Shown piece after piece: positions 12,841 through 26,304 of a stretch of 64,000 nt of DNA (positions within the stretch are counted from its first letter, which is position 1; every line of letters begins with the position of its first letter). The DNA lies in contig NC_043011.1 in the NCBI RefSeq assembly GCF_006345805.1, positions 28,656,464 through 28,720,463 on the forward strand. The letters run 5' to 3'. This DNA comes from Octopus sinensis. Its lineage: Eukaryota. Made by a program: the position numbers and the translations under genes. A model generated the notes under the pieces. The model saw only the letters and a program-made list of their open reading frames with translations, was not told the origin of the DNA and ran no database searches.

Positions 12841-15184
12841 TGTACATATATTTACACACACATATATGGATGAGGGCGGCGCTACTCTTTGTGTTTTCCC
12901 TCCAATACATATCAAGCGATGTTGGTTTGTTAACGTCCTCTAAATCAGCAGCCTGGTAATAGAAGACCGATAGGATACATACCAGATTTAACAGGAATAA
13001 ATACTAGTGTCCGTTTGTTCAGGCAAACCCTTCAGGGCGGTGCCCCCAGCGACATAGTTATTCATACCTTCTACAAATACTATACAAGTTGCCATAGTTA
13101 GTCTGTACATTTACCGCAACCTCCATTCTTTCTCTAGAAATATAGTAGGCACTGTGCGTTCGACTTTGACCCATGTTCACTCCAAACCATGAGATAAATC
13201 AAACTGTATGGAAATACGCATCTCAATAGGTGCTAGTCTTCGCTAGCAGCTCATAAATCTTGGCTTGAGATTCTGTAAATATGACTGACAGAGCAGAAGT
13301 TTTACTAGTAAAATGTCCATTAATTTGAAGTAAAGACACAAACTCTTTAGAATTATACATATGTTGTTGTTGTTGTTGTGTGTGTGTGGTGGTGTGTGTG
13401 TTTGGAGTCGAAATTCAGATGCAAGTGTTATCAGCTAATAAATCCGTATACTGGATACTAGTAGGTTTGCGTGACCATCAGGAGAGAATGTGCACCATTT
13501 CGAAGGCTTGATGACTGACTTTAATGCACATCCGCATCACCACACCTTTCTGATATGAGGCCCCAAGTTGCTAAATCAACTGATTACCAGTCTGGACCCA
13601 ACGTTCTAGCCACTTCTCATCATCTCCTTTTAGTCAAATCTAGTGGTTTGCTACCTCACCTCTTACTATCTTAAATTACTAGAATAAATCATTTATATTG
13701 TTATTAAGCATAATATTTTATGCGAATTCCAATCGAGATTACTGCGTGTCTTTCTAACAACGGTACATCAATTTATTTACACAAGGATTAGAAAGGCACG
13801 TCATATAACACAATCGATACATTGTACAGATATGAATAACAGCTGGCTGAATCGATAACTGAATAAACGGTAATGTCCTGTATTGTAGTACCATAGAAAA
13901 CATTTTTATTGGCCCAGTCTTCTTAGGCGTACCGTAAGACAAAAAGAACTATTGATTAGGTTAGAAAAAGTTTTAAAATCATCCTACTTACGTTGCACTA
14001 AACGTACTTTCGCTCTAACACAGATTTATATTTTTTAATACTTATTTTATAATTTGATGTATTTGTCTATATCCACCTATCTTAAGTCATTCTGTATGTC
14101 AGCTATCATTCGTTATATAGTCAGACTGATGTTTTATAGAGGAAAAAAACTATTTGATTCGAAATCTGCTTTCGAAAATATTCAACACCAATTCTGTAGT
14201 AGTTGATTCGTTATAAATTTTTGAGATCTTACGTATAAAGCAAATCACCGTCTCCATACTGTTATAGACACACAGCTTTTCCAATTTCCTACAATGTAAA
14301 GTTATGTAATGCAATAAAACGATCAATAGGAATCGGTTCAGACTAAAAGTGAATCCAGATAGCACTGAGTACTTTTGATATCTTCGTTTCTTTGCCAATT
14401 CTTTAACATTCTGCTTTCAGACATAGTTATCTGTAATGCTTCAACAAAATGCTGAGATACGTCAAGTAATCGAGTCCCATCTACAATAAGAAAACACCAT
14501 TTGACTTCAGAGATAGGCAGGCTTATCTATTCTAGCTTTTAGCGTATGTGGAGGTGTGTAATATATATGAGTGTGTGTGTGTGGATGGATGGAGTGTATG
14601 TATATATATATATATATATAATATAATATATATCTATATTACTATATAATATAATGCAGTTATATAATATATAAGCATATATATATTCTTTTATTCTTTT
14701 ACTTGCTTCAGTCATTTTGACTGTGGCCATGCTGGAGCACCGCCTTTTTTAGTCGAAGAAATCTACCCCTGAATTTAGTACATACATACATACATACATA
14801 CAAACATGCATGCATACATACATACATACATACATACATACATACATACATACATACATACATACATACATACATACATACATACATACATACAAACGAT
14901 GGCCATCAACGAATTGATTTGAGAGCTCTGAACTAGTAGGCATATATTGAAAGATACTTAAATATATGCAAATATGAGTGTATGTGCGTGCATAGTGGAG
15001 ATGGTTGTGGTGGTGGTTTCTGTGGATCTCCGTCGTCGTTAGATAAAATGGATTACCCGCTCCTGATTTAGAGTGTAACGTGACATTTCTCTACGATGCC
15101 ACGCAAACCTGGGCGTCAAGTTTGCCTCTGTGTGTATGCGTGTGTATGCGTGTGTATGCGTGTGTATGTGGTGTATGTATATTA

Positions 15185-15269
<85 letters not shown>

Positions 15270-15272
<3 letters not shown>

Positions 15273-15480
15273 GTGACGCGTGTGTACCGTTGGCGATATT
15301 TTTCCTCCGTCCTCCCTTCTCTGGATCTTTCCTTTTCCTATGTTTCTGACGAAGAGCTCCGCTCGAAACGTTAAACCCTCCTTCTTCCCTTCCTTCCTGA
15401 GCGTCCAATAATACTATATTTGTTCCACGTCCTCGCGTTGTTGTGTTTTCTCTTTGTGTTTTCATGTTTGGATTAACTAT
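15270..15480 (+). mobile_element. PLE pseudo-LTR-like repeat between (TA)n tracts
   Basis: Contains the hammerhead motif at 15342-15376; pyrimidine-rich; flanked by TA microsatellite on both sides. Confidence 0.55.
15342..15376 (+). ncRNA. Minimal type I hammerhead motif
   Basis: GTTT-CTGACGA-A-GAGC(tcc)GCTC-GAAAC-GTT^-AAAC; stem I GTTT/AAAC; stem III has no loop (ACGT palindrome), so it could only form in a dimer. Confidence 0.6.
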
Positions 15481-15561
15481 ATACATATATATATGTATAT
15501 GTTTCTGTGTGTGTATGTGTGTGTGTGTGTGTGCGTGTATGTGTGTGTGTGTATGTGTGTA

Positions 15562-15925
15562 TGGAGGCGCAATGGTCAAGTGGTTTGGGCAGCGGACTCG
15601 CGGTCATAAGCTCGCGATTTCGATTCCCAGATTGGGCGTTGTGAGTGTTTATTGAGCGAAAACATCGGCAGGGGAGGGGTGACGAACCCCGCTGTACTCT
15701 TTCACCACAACTTTCTCTCACTCTTCCTTCCTGTTTCTGTTGTATCTGTATTTCAAAGAGCCAGCCTTGTCACACTCTGCATCACGCTGAATCTCCTTCA
15801 GAACTACGTTAAGGGTACACGTATTTGTGGAGTGCTCAGCTACATGCACGTTAATTTTACGAGCAGGCTGTTCCTTTGATCGTATGAACTGGAACTCTCG
15901 TCGTCGTAACCGACGGAGCGCCACT
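15562..15925 (+). mobile_element. tRNA-derived SINE ('SINE3'), with internal deletion
   Basis: GGAGGCGCAATGG...GATTTCGATTCCCAGA head; 3' half shared with SINE4; matches 59867-60247. Confidence 0.85.
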
Positions 15926-16425
15926 ATATATATATACTTAATTTATCGACCCCGAAAGGATGAAAGGCAAAGTCGACCTCGGCGGAATTTGAACTCACAA
16001 CGTAAAGACGTACGAAATACCCTAGATATTTCTCCTGGCGTGCTAACGTTTCTGCCAGCTCGCCGCCCTTGCGTGTGTGTATAGTTAAAAAAAAAAAGAG
16101 AAAGCAATTACTACTCTCCATCAATCTCTCACTTCTACTCTTATAAAATCTTATGTTGGATGATTGGCACTGGTTCTTATTTTCTTTTGCGTTCACCACC
16201 TTATTATAATAATAAATACACGAAACAACCGAAACGTCACTGTCTATATACACGGACCAGACTTATACTTTAAAACAGAGCCATTCTCATAGATACATCT
16301 CATAGGTACAGTCATATATACAAGCATGCACACGCCTACACTTCCAAATATCCATACACTGGATATATCTTTAACGTAACAGTTATTTTTTTATGTTTGC
16401 GTGTGTGTGTGTGTGTGTGTGTGTG

Positions 16426-16459
<34 letters not shown>

Positions 16460-17017
16460 GTGTGTGCGTGTGTGTGAGCGTGTGTGCGCGTGTACTTTCG
16501 AGATTACTTTTCTGTATGTAACTTTGTGCTGTGTGCTTTTCATACATATATACACGTGCGATTGAATATCTGTGTATATGTGCGTATAAGCGTGAGTTGA
16601 TGCATGTATGTATGTATGTATGTATGTATGTATGTATGTATGTATGTATGTACGTATGTATGTATGTATGTATGTATGTATGTATGTATGTATGTATGTA
16701 TGTATGCATGCATATGGAACAAAGGAACAGAAGGAATAAATGTGCGTGCTCTCACGGTAGTATTTCGGTTTTTTTATCGTGGTTATTTTTTCCTTCCCTT
16801 TTGTTTATCACAGCCAGCCGTCTATCTATCAATATTTACAACAGCTGGGTAGCTATTTGAACCTAACTTTCTTACCACGATAGCTGAGAGAAGACAAAAC
16901 AAGACAACACATCCACCCAAGTATCTACGTAAACACATAATCTTGCTCACACATACGTAAAATCTATATTACATAGACTAAGAGAGCGGGAAAGAGAGTG
17001 GAGATACAACTTAAAAG

Positions 17018-17052
<35 letters not shown>

Positions 17053-17069
17053 TATTATCATTATTATTA

Positions 17070-17125
<56 letters not shown>
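17018..17125. repeat. (ATT)n microsatellite
   Basis: Near-perfect ATT array. Confidence 0.95.
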
Positions 17126-17707
17126 GTATTTTTACATATGGTATATCAACTTTACAAGAAACACCTCGGATTACAAATAAATATAAATGGTATGACGATA
17201 TGTAAATATACCCCCAAGTGCTTGTTATTTTGTTTCTGTCCGATTCCTTACTCTCACTGTAAACTCCAAACCTTAGAACCCAAACCCTGCATCACAGCAG
17301 CTTTCTTCTCCTCGTCGTAGAAATCTTTCCAAGAATGTTTCTATGAAACATTAGAGGCAATATAAGGGAGACAGCTGAAGAAACTTGAGATAAAATGCAT
17401 CATCGAAAATGTGAAATGTTTGTAAATCTGTGAAACATACGGCGTCTTCCATAGAGAAGGAAGAAGAAGAAGAAAGTGTGAAAGAGACAGGGAGAAAGAG
17501 ACACGTTTGGTGAATTAGGAAAACAGAAATTAATTGGAATGATGATATGTAGGTAGACACAGCCAAAGAATGTTCCAACAATTCGAAATTATTTGCATTA
17601 TTATGTCGTTTGCGTGGGAGAATTTTAGTAACATTATCTATATACATCATCGCTACGATTTTGAGATGGGTGATTTAAAGAATTTCATCACTCATAATAG
17701 CAAATAG

Positions 17708-18005
17708 TGAAGGCGAATGGCCAAGCGGTTAAGGTGTTGCACTCACGATCGCTAGCTCGTAAGTTCGAGTCCCAGACTGGGCGGTGAGTTATTTTCTTGG
17801 GCGAGAACTTCATTCCACGTTGCTCCAGTCTCTCCAGTCCTTTCAACTGTAAATGGGTAACCCTGCAATGGGCTAACCTTCCGATTAGGGGTAATGTTGG
17901 CATGTTCGCCCTAGCCAGCGGGGCGGCATCATTCGAATGCAAAAACAATGCGAAGCGCATTGTGACCAGCGATGTGAAACAACACCCGATTGTCTGGCCG
18001 ATAGC
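17708..18005 (+). mobile_element. tRNA-derived SINE ('SINE5') with RTE-like tail
   Basis: TGGCCAAGCGG and GTTCGAGTCCC boxes; tail CAATGCGAAGCGCATTGTGACCAGCG shared with 29503-29625 and 54000-54090. Confidence 0.7.
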
Positions 18006-18065
18006 GTGAATAGCAATTACGTATTAAGCACTCAAAATTACCCCCAAACTGTGATTTTCACTTAA

Positions 18066-18284
18066 CCCATTAGTATTTAAACCGGCCATATCTGGCCAAA
18101 ATATTTAACCTGTTTTATGTTCAAACTGACCAGATCCAGGCTCTCACACCTACCTTACAATGTTATTCTACATTAAGTAATTACACCATCAACATCTTGA
18201 AGATATGAGATAATGCATGATTAATTCAAATCAATGTGAATCAATAAGCATTATGTTTGATAGAATAATCTGAACACTAAAGGG
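18066..18284. mobile_element. piggyBac-like MITE
   Basis: TTAA|CCCATTAGTATT ... AACACTAAAGGG|TTAA: CCC-starting terminal inverted repeats with TTAA target duplication (18062-18065, 18285-18288). Confidence 0.75.
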
Positions 18285-19923
18285 TTAAACATTTATTATT
18301 TGGCGTCAGACTTCTCGTTTTAGTAACTGCGAACGGGTCATTGACACAGTTCCATTGTTTACAGTACCAGTGACCAGGTTGTAGTTACTGAAACGAAAAA
18401 TTTCACACCAAATAATGAACGCCTAAGTGAAGTGAAGATAACAGTTTCTGTGTTTTTTAATGACTAACATATGTTTCCCATGCAGTAATTGCTTTAGTTT
18501 CGACATACAATCTCCCATCAAATCACTTGCCAGACAAATACATCGTCCAAGCTAATAATATCATGTGGCATTCCATTGGCGTTTCTAATTTTAATACTTT
18601 ATTGTCACAAGGTTGCGAGCTGGTAGAATCTTTAGCACGCCGAGCAAAATGCTTAGCGGCATTTCTTCCGTCTTTACGTTCTAAATTCAAATTCTGCCGC
18701 GGTTAACTCTGCCTTTCATCTCTTCCGGGGTCGATAAAATAAGTACCTGTTGAACTCTGGGGTCGAAGAAATCAATTAACCCCTCCCCTGATCTAGTTGG
18801 ACTTGTGCCAAAATTTGAAACCAATATTTTATTGCCATGCATATATATATATATTTTATTGTCTCATTAAGGTTGCACTTAAATCTTTTCTCTAATGTAT
18901 TTCCTTTGACGATAGCTTTTGACCCCTCTACCCCTGACCTTGTTTATCTCTTAAATTCTCTTAGATTCATCTGCTTTCATCCGTGTCAGGTTGATAGAAA
19001 TAGCTGTTTACTGGTCAAAAAATAATTTTCTCCTCATAGTTCCTGAATTCTATAGATTCAAGCTAACTAAGTTGTCTACAAATTCTTCTGTATTTGGTCA
19101 CTTAGAACCCCCTCCGCTAAGTTGTCGCAGTATACTCTATATAGGCGCCTTTTCTTTTCTCCCTCTTCCCTTTTTTCTTTTTATCTTTTTCCTTTTTCTT
19201 TTTTTTTTTTCTTTTTCTTTTTCTTTTCTTTCTATCCTTCCCCCCCGTTCTCTTTCTTTTTTTTTTGGCTTTTTCTTTTTCTTTTTCTTTTTTCTTTTCC
19301 CTTTTTCTTCTTCTCCTTTTTCTTTTTTCTTCTTTCCTTGTTTCTTTTCTTCTTTTTTATTTTATTTTCTTTGCCCCCACAAAAAAATCCTTCGCCTTAA
19401 GAAATCCTTAACATAGCAGTTTTGCACGAGAGCAGTAATATGGCAAATTACCTTATCATATAGCATGAAATGATTGTGGATTAATAATGGTTAAATACAT
19501 CGTCTGTAGTATGAATCCTCTTCTTAACGCTGGAAATTTAAATCTTCACTACGGATAATTCACCTTTTCTGGAAGACTAATAAGTTTTTAAAACTTGATA
19601 AGTCTGTGCATCATCCTCCTCATATCTCTGGAAATTTTAATCTACACTATGGATTAATTCATCTTCTCTTCGAAACTAATAAGTTTTTAAAAATCCGTGA
19701 TAAGGAACTTGGAAAAACTGTTTACAACCTATATCTGCCTTAATGGAATTATCTCCAATATTTCATGAGTATAACCTCACCCACTAAGAGTAGAGAACTC
19801 ATATGTATTTAGCTGATGAGTACGGGACACTTTTATCTGCTGCAATTTTTGCAACTTGTATAAAGCCTGTCTTTGTATGAAACAATTGTACTAAAAACTA
19901 ATCCATCTTGTTGCTTCTTTCTC

Positions 19924-19975
<52 letters not shown>

Positions 19976-20239
19976 AATATATATATATATTATAATATAT
20001 ATATATAATATATAATATATAGCTTATGAGAGGTAATGGTGTTAAGAGAACCCAAAGGTGCAGGAAATGCTGAGTAAGTCCTGTGGATAGACTATAGTTA
20101 AGCTCCAGGTTCGGTGATTATGCGAATGAGTTCAAAGTAGGTCATATATCAGCATGCGTAATATATATATATATAAAATTAACAGAATGAGATAAAAATC
20201 CAAGGCTGTGAAAGATTTCTCAACATTTATAAAGAGAAG

Positions 20240-20287
20240 ATCTTACAGCTGTTTCCGGGATATTTTATATATCCCTTCATCGGAGAC
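20240..20287 (-). ncRNA. Minimal type I hammerhead motif (U4C variant)
   Basis: GTCT-CCGATGA-A-GGGATAT(ataaa)ATATCCC-G-GAAAC-AGCT-GTA^-AGAT. Confidence 0.55.
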
Positions 20288-20637
20288 GGTTTGATAAAAT
20301 GGTTAAGCAATAGTTATTCTAGATAAGATATGAAATAGAGAGTGAAGTGGAGGAATAAAAATAGACATAAAATATGCAGGAAACTTATATGCAGGGATAT
20401 TGTATCTGCAGTTCCATTATTTAAGCAGAATGGTATATATATATAAGTTTCCTGTGCCTTGTGTATAAGTTCCAATAGTATTCATAATTGGTCATTCCAA
20501 GCATAAAGTTTGTACACGGTGTTATTGATTTGCAGATACAATATCCCTGCATATCTCACGTCTGTTTTCATTTCCTCCACTTCACTCTCTATTTCATATC
20601 TTCTCTAGAATAACTATTGCTTAACTATTTTCACATA

Positions 20638-20685
20638 GTCTCCGATGAAGGGATATATAAAATATCCCGGAAACAGCTGTAAGAC
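20638..20685 (+). ncRNA. Minimal type I hammerhead motif (U4C variant)
   Basis: GTCT-CCGATGA-A-GGGATAT(ataaa)ATATCCC-G-GAAAC-AGCT-GTA^-AGAC; 4-bp stem I, 7-bp stem II, palindromic ACAGCTGT. Confidence 0.6.
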
Positions 20686-20750
20686 CTTCTCATTATAAAT
20701 GTTGTGAAATATTTCACAGCCTTGGATATTTATCTCATTCTGTTAAATTC

Positions 20751-20816
<66 letters not shown>

Positions 20817-21850
20817 AGAGAGAATGAGAGAGAGAGAGAATGAGAGAGAGAGAGAATGAGAGAGAGAGAGAGACATGATGGAATCTCCCTTTGAAAACAA
20901 CGTATGACCGCTCAGCTTTTGCGAACGACCTGCACAAATACTTTGTTTATAGTGATCAAATGTTCGCGCCGTACATTGGCTCATTCTCTCCATTAAATCG
21001 ACGCCGTCTGAACAGGTGAAATGTGTGCCACGCGTCAGGTGTCGAAGCGGTCGCAGAGCAACGTGAAATGAAGTGTTTTGCTCAAGAACCCATAGCACCT
21101 CCCGGTCAGTATACGAATAAGTCAGTATACGAAGTATCGATTATTTTGCTGGTTGTCCTACACACTATCAGTTCGGTCCGTTATGACTTATCTTATGTAA
21201 AGTGATTTTTGTTAGTGCTTTTCAGTCTATGTGTATGTGTGTATATGTGTGTGTGAGAGAGAGATAGCATGTGTGTGTGTGCATGTGTGTGTGTGCGTGT
21301 GTATGCGAGTACGTTTTGCGTGTGTGTGTGTGTGTACATGAGGTGTGCATGCGTGTATGTGCGTGTGTGCGAATACGTCTTTGTGTGTGCATGTGTGTGT
21401 GTGCATGCGTGTATGTGCGTGTGTATGCGAGTACGTTTTTGCGTGTGTGTTATGTATGTTTGAATGAGAGAGAGAGCGTGTGTGTGTGTGTGTGCGTGTG
21501 CGTGTGCGTGTGCGTGTGCGTATGTGTGTGTGTGTGTACATGCTGATGTCGGTGTTTCTTTAATTTTGCTGTCATCCTAAACTCGACAATGTAAAAAACA
21601 AAAATGTTACATAGAGTTGCAATTATATGGACGATTATTAAATTATGTATAATTAATATATTTTCAGAGTGGGTGTTTATGTACGTGTTTAATTGTGTAA
21701 TTATAACAAACGTTATTGCAATTAACTCTAAGCCATACCACCAAACTACAAATAACAACAATTTAAGTAATCATTTCTTCGCAATTTTTTTTAATATTTT
21801 CTCTTAATTATCATTTTCTTTTCAATTCTTGATTTTATTTTATCTTATAT

Positions 21851-21880
21851 TTGTACTGTTTTCTTTTTGGATTTTTGCAG
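21851..21880 (+). promoter_or_regulatory. Likely 3' splice acceptor of a 5'-UTR intron of the GPCR gene
   Basis: Polypyrimidine tract ending TTTTTGCAG|G, 65 nt upstream of the ATG. Confidence 0.6.
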
Positions 21881-21945
21881 GTTAAATTCTGTTTAATTCT
21901 TCGAACGTTAACGTTTCTCATCTTCACGCTTAATCGGAAGCAAAG

Positions 21946-22921
21946 ATGGAAAACTTCACAGAAGAAAACCTCCATCCTTGGATTACTACAACAACACGGG
22001 TCTACAACAACGTCACAATATTTCCTCAATACGATGACGAATTGGGTAAATTTGAAATTATGGTCCTGTGTATTCTATGCTTCATGGCTCTGTTCGGAAA
22101 TGCAGTCGTATTAATCGTACTACGCATCAAAAAAACAACTCTCACTCGAATGCAGCTTTTGATCGTGTATTTGAGCGTTACTGACATTTCTGTAGCTCTC
22201 TTCCATATTCTACCGACTATTATTCTCAAAATCAACGTCTATTTCCTCGGAGACATATCTGCCTGCCGAGTATATCAGTTTATCACTGTCGCCGAACTTT
22301 ACGCTTCTTCATTCGTACTCATTGTCACCGCCTTGGATCGTTACATCTCTATATGTCATCCACTTGCTGCTCACATGTGGACCAATCGACGAGTTCATAT
22401 GACCACGGCTTTGGCTTTGTTTTTGGCCCTGATGTGTTCATTGCCACAACTGGATGCAGTACTTGTTGATTTCCATGGTGGAAAATTATGCCGACCCAAC
22501 CTCACCACAGAACTTGCAAACATCGCCTACAGCTGGTGGGCTTTCTGTTCCGTCTTCTTTGTTCCTTTGCTTCTCTTGATCTTCTTCTATGGTAGAATAT
22601 GCTTCGTTGTGTGGCAGAGCATGCGCGGTCGTGAATGCACGCAGTCAGTCGGTAGCTCGGCATCAAGATACGTACGCAAGCCGATCAAATGCCGGATCTC
22701 CTCCCAAACATCGTCGGAAAACCGAGTGAAGAATTACTCGGACGCAAGGGACAAAGATTCATCGCGCAACCCGCGAGCTATCTGTCGTGGTGTTTCCAAA
22801 TCAAAGATCAAAACCATCAAACTGACTTTTTCTGTCGTGGCATGTTTTATTATATGCTATACGCCGTTTTTTACTGTTCTCATGGCTCGAACTTACGATG
22901 CAGAGTTGAGCTCAGCTCAAA
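21946..22921 (+). CDS. OPR: Oxytocin/vasopressin-superfamily GPCR, octopressin receptor; first coding exon (N-terminus to ECL3, TM1-TM6)
   Basis: GN in TM1, LSVTD in TM2, YASSFVLIVTALDRYISICHPL in TM3, SLPQL in TM4, VSKSKIKTIKLTF and CYTPFF in TM6. The N-terminus MENFTEENLHPW matches my recollection of Octopus OPR (recalled, not searched). The frame runs into GTAAGT at 22922 (phase 1). An intron between TM6 and TM7 is typical of this receptor family. Confidence 0.88.
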
Positions 22922-22927
22922 GTAAGT
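22922..22927 (+). promoter_or_regulatory. 5' splice donor
   Basis: CAAA|GTAAGT consensus; in-frame TAA follows if unspliced; no TM7/NPxxY before it. Confidence 0.85.
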
Positions 22928-23054
22928 AACCTGTTTTGTCTTTCCTATTCTGACTGCAAATATTTTCTTCTTTTACTCAGGTTGCAGAGAGGCGATTCAA
23001 CAGAGTAATGACCGTACACGAACGGTCTCACACACACAAACACACTCACATACA

Positions 23055-23123
<69 letters not shown>

Positions 23124-23942
23124 TACACACTCGCACACATATATACATATTTTTTTTACTTAATTTTGCAGTACAAAACAATAAAAATCGTCAATACAGC
23201 TTTGTTGAAAATGTTGTCTTAAACGTTAATTTGAGATAAACCGGAAATGCATATGTGTATGTCTGCGTGCGTATGTTGAGAGACAAAAGAGTGAGAGAGA
23301 TGATGGGGTAAAGGGGAAGAGTGAAAGTAACAATTGGTTAGCATATTGCCTTTAACTGAAACCAGACACAGAATCTGCGTGAAACATTGATTTATTGTAA
23401 ATCAATAGGAGGTGTTTTCGTGCCTCGAATATACGCAAGCCATCGGTCTTGAACTTAAATTGAATTTCAGCCGCTTATGAAAATTCATGCTATCAACGAT
23501 TACATAAGCCATGCAGTGCAGAATTTATCAGATTCCATTTTAGCTTAGTATGGGGTAACTACACAAAATTCGCAAATGGAATGAATTATTTTGCCCTGAG
23601 GATAAGAAGTCTAACGGTCTAACATTTGGAACGGAACTCGTCGTCGAAGAAAGCTGAACAAAAAGGATTAATTGTTTCCCCTTTGCTTTTTTTCATTTTC
23701 TTAATTTATTAACTTATTTATTTGATGAGGTTAAGTTCGTTGATATTGTTTTGGTGTTTTATATCTTTCTTTCTTTTCCCACTGAGGACGGGTTCTATCA
23801 AAAACCTTAGAAGCTTTCTCTTAGTCACAATCAAATAATCCAAACCATTTTGCGAGCACTTTCAACTTATCATTTATTTGTCCATGCACAGCATCTCTGT
23901 TTTGGGGAGGTTAATACTCTACAGGTATATTTTAGAATATGT

Positions 23943-24262
23943 GAGGGCGCGTGGCTTAGTGGTTAGGGCATTCGGCTCATGATCGTAAGGTTGTGAGTTC
24001 GATTCCCGGCGACGCGTTGTGTCCTTGAGCAAGACACTTTATTTCACGTTGCTCCAGTCCACTCAGCTGGCAAAAATGAGTTGTACTTGTATTTCAAAGG
24101 GTCAGCCTTGTCACTCTCTGTGTCACGCTGATTATCCCCGAGAACTACGTTAAGGGTACACGTGTCTGTGGAATGCTCAGCCATTTGCACGTTAATTTCA
24201 CGAGCAAGCTGTTCCGTTGATCGTATCAGCTGGGACCCTCGTCGTCGTAACCGGCGGAGTCT
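23943..24262 (+). mobile_element. SINE4, full length with 13-bp target site duplication
   Basis: ATATTTTAGAATA at 23927-23939 and 24271-24283. Confidence 0.9.
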
Positions 24263-25119
24263 TTAAAGAAATATTTTAGAATACGGTAAGACGATCAATG
24301 GAATTAATTGTACAGGTGAGTAAATTGGAGTAATGTGAAATGAAGTGTTTTACTCAAGAACACAAGGCACTACTCAGTCCAGGAATTGAAATCACTGTCT
24401 TACGATCGTAAGTGAAACACCCTAACACTAGGCTTCGTGCCTTTATACCTTAGTACTCCACTAGCACTTTCTTTGTCCACCTTGAAAGGATGAGGAAAAT
24501 TTGGCGTTTACAGGATTTGTATTGAGAAAGCAGATGGCTGGAATGAAAATGGCAAAGCTTTCTGACCTACGTTCGAATGATACTGCCAGTCAACGCATGG
24601 AGTCGATAAACGTATAACTCTGATTATACCTGATTCGCATTAATCCTCACACACAACAGCCGAATCTAGAATTAGAACCTGCAGAAAATTGCTCTGCATA
24701 TAAACTTTAAGTAATTAAGCTTACTTAATAACTGTTAATTGCGTACTTATTGTTTCTTGTAGCGATCTGTTGTACTGATGCGCTTTAAGCATTACACAAA
24801 ATACTTAACGACATTTCTTCCAGTGTTTTGCGTTGTGAGTTCAAATACTGCTGCCTTTTTGCTTTGTGTCTATTTAGAAATCGATCAAATAAGTACCAGT
24901 CGAGTGTTAGGGCCGATGCCATCGACTTCACTTCTCAAAATTGCTGGCCTTGAATTAGAAAGACTTATAGATATGGATTACGTGGCAAGTTGGCAGAATT
25001 GTTAGTGCATCGGACAAAATGCTTAGCAACGTTTCTTTCGGCTCTTTACGTCCTGAGTTTAAATCCTGATGAGGTCAACTTTACCTTTCATCCTTTCGAG
25101 GTCGATAAAATAAAGTACC

Positions 25120-25326
25120 AGGAGTGGCTGTGTGGTAAGTAGCTTGCTTACTGACCACATGGTTCCGGGTTCAGTCCCACTGTGTGGCACCTTGGGCAAG
25201 TGTCTTCTACTATAGCCTCGGGCCGACCGAAGCCTTGTGAGTGGATTTGGTAGACGGAAACTGAAAGAAGCCCGTCGTATATATATATATACACACACAC
25301 ATATAATATGTGTGTGTGTGCGTGTG

Positions 25327-25364
<38 letters not shown>

Positions 25365-26025
25365 TTTATATGTCTGTGTTTGTTTCCCCAACATCGCTTG
25401 ACAAACGATGCTGGTGTGTTTACATCCCCATAACTTAGCGGTTCGGCAAAAAGAGACCGATAGAATAAATACCAGGCTTACAAAGAGTAAGTCCTGGGGT
25501 CGATTTGCTCGACTAAAGGCAGTGCTCCAGCATGGCCGTAGTCAAATGACTGAAACAAGTAAAAGAGTAAAAGAAGAGGAGTGGCTAGGCACAGGAGTGG
25601 TTGTGTGGTAAGTAGCTTGCTTACCGACCACATGGTTCCGGGTTCAGTCCCACTACCTGGTACCTTCGGCATGTAACTTCTACTATACCCTCGGACCAAC
25701 CAAGGCCTTGTGTGCAGATTTGGTTGACCGAAACTGAAAGAAGACCGTCGTCGTCATTGTGTGTGTGTGTATGTGAGTGTGTGAGAGAGTGTGTCTTCGT
25801 GCGTGCGTTTGTGTGTCAGTGTGTTTGTGCGTCTATGTTTGTCCCCGCATCGTAGCTTGACAACCGATGTTGGTGTGTTTATGTCCCCGTAACTTAGTGG
25901 TTCGGCAAAAGAGACCGATAGAATAAGTATTAGGCTTACAGAGAATAAATATTTAGGTGGATTTGCTCGACTAAAGGTAGTGTTCCATCATGGTCGCAGT
26001 CAAATGACTGAAACAAATAAAAGAA
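25120..26025 (+). mobile_element. Two adjacent SINE1 copies (25120-25575, 25588-26025)
   Basis: Two complete head-body-tail units in direct orientation. Confidence 0.88.
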
Positions 26026-26244
26026 TAATCAATTACAGGAATCGGTGTAATTGAATATCGCCCTGCCTTCCAAATTGCTGGCCTTGTGGTAAAATTAGAA
26101 ATACTTCACGGCGTACCATTTTACTAGGGAAACCCATGAATCCTTGGTTGACAGATGATACCGTACTTCAACAACCAGCTACGACTCTCAGCCAAAACAA
26201 ACAAAAGAACGTACCTTTTACTTTAAATTGGCCACATGCCTTTA

Positions 26245-26246
26245 TT

Positions 26247-26304
<58 letters not shown>

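Larger units (their letters stand above)
20176..20750. repeat. Long inverted repeat (~225-bp arms) made of two head-to-head PLE pseudo-LTRs, each with a hammerhead
   Basis: 20176-20410 is the reverse complement of 20530-20750; (TA)n on both sides. Confidence 0.9.

Noticed and set aside
13754-13942. CLSNPCVNKLMY as a possible TM7 exon
   Set aside because: Wrong strand, upstream of the exon, and no NPxxY motif.
18991-19416. 141-aa Phe-rich ORF resembling a membrane protein
   Set aside because: It comes from a low-complexity (CTT/TTTC) pyrimidine tract.
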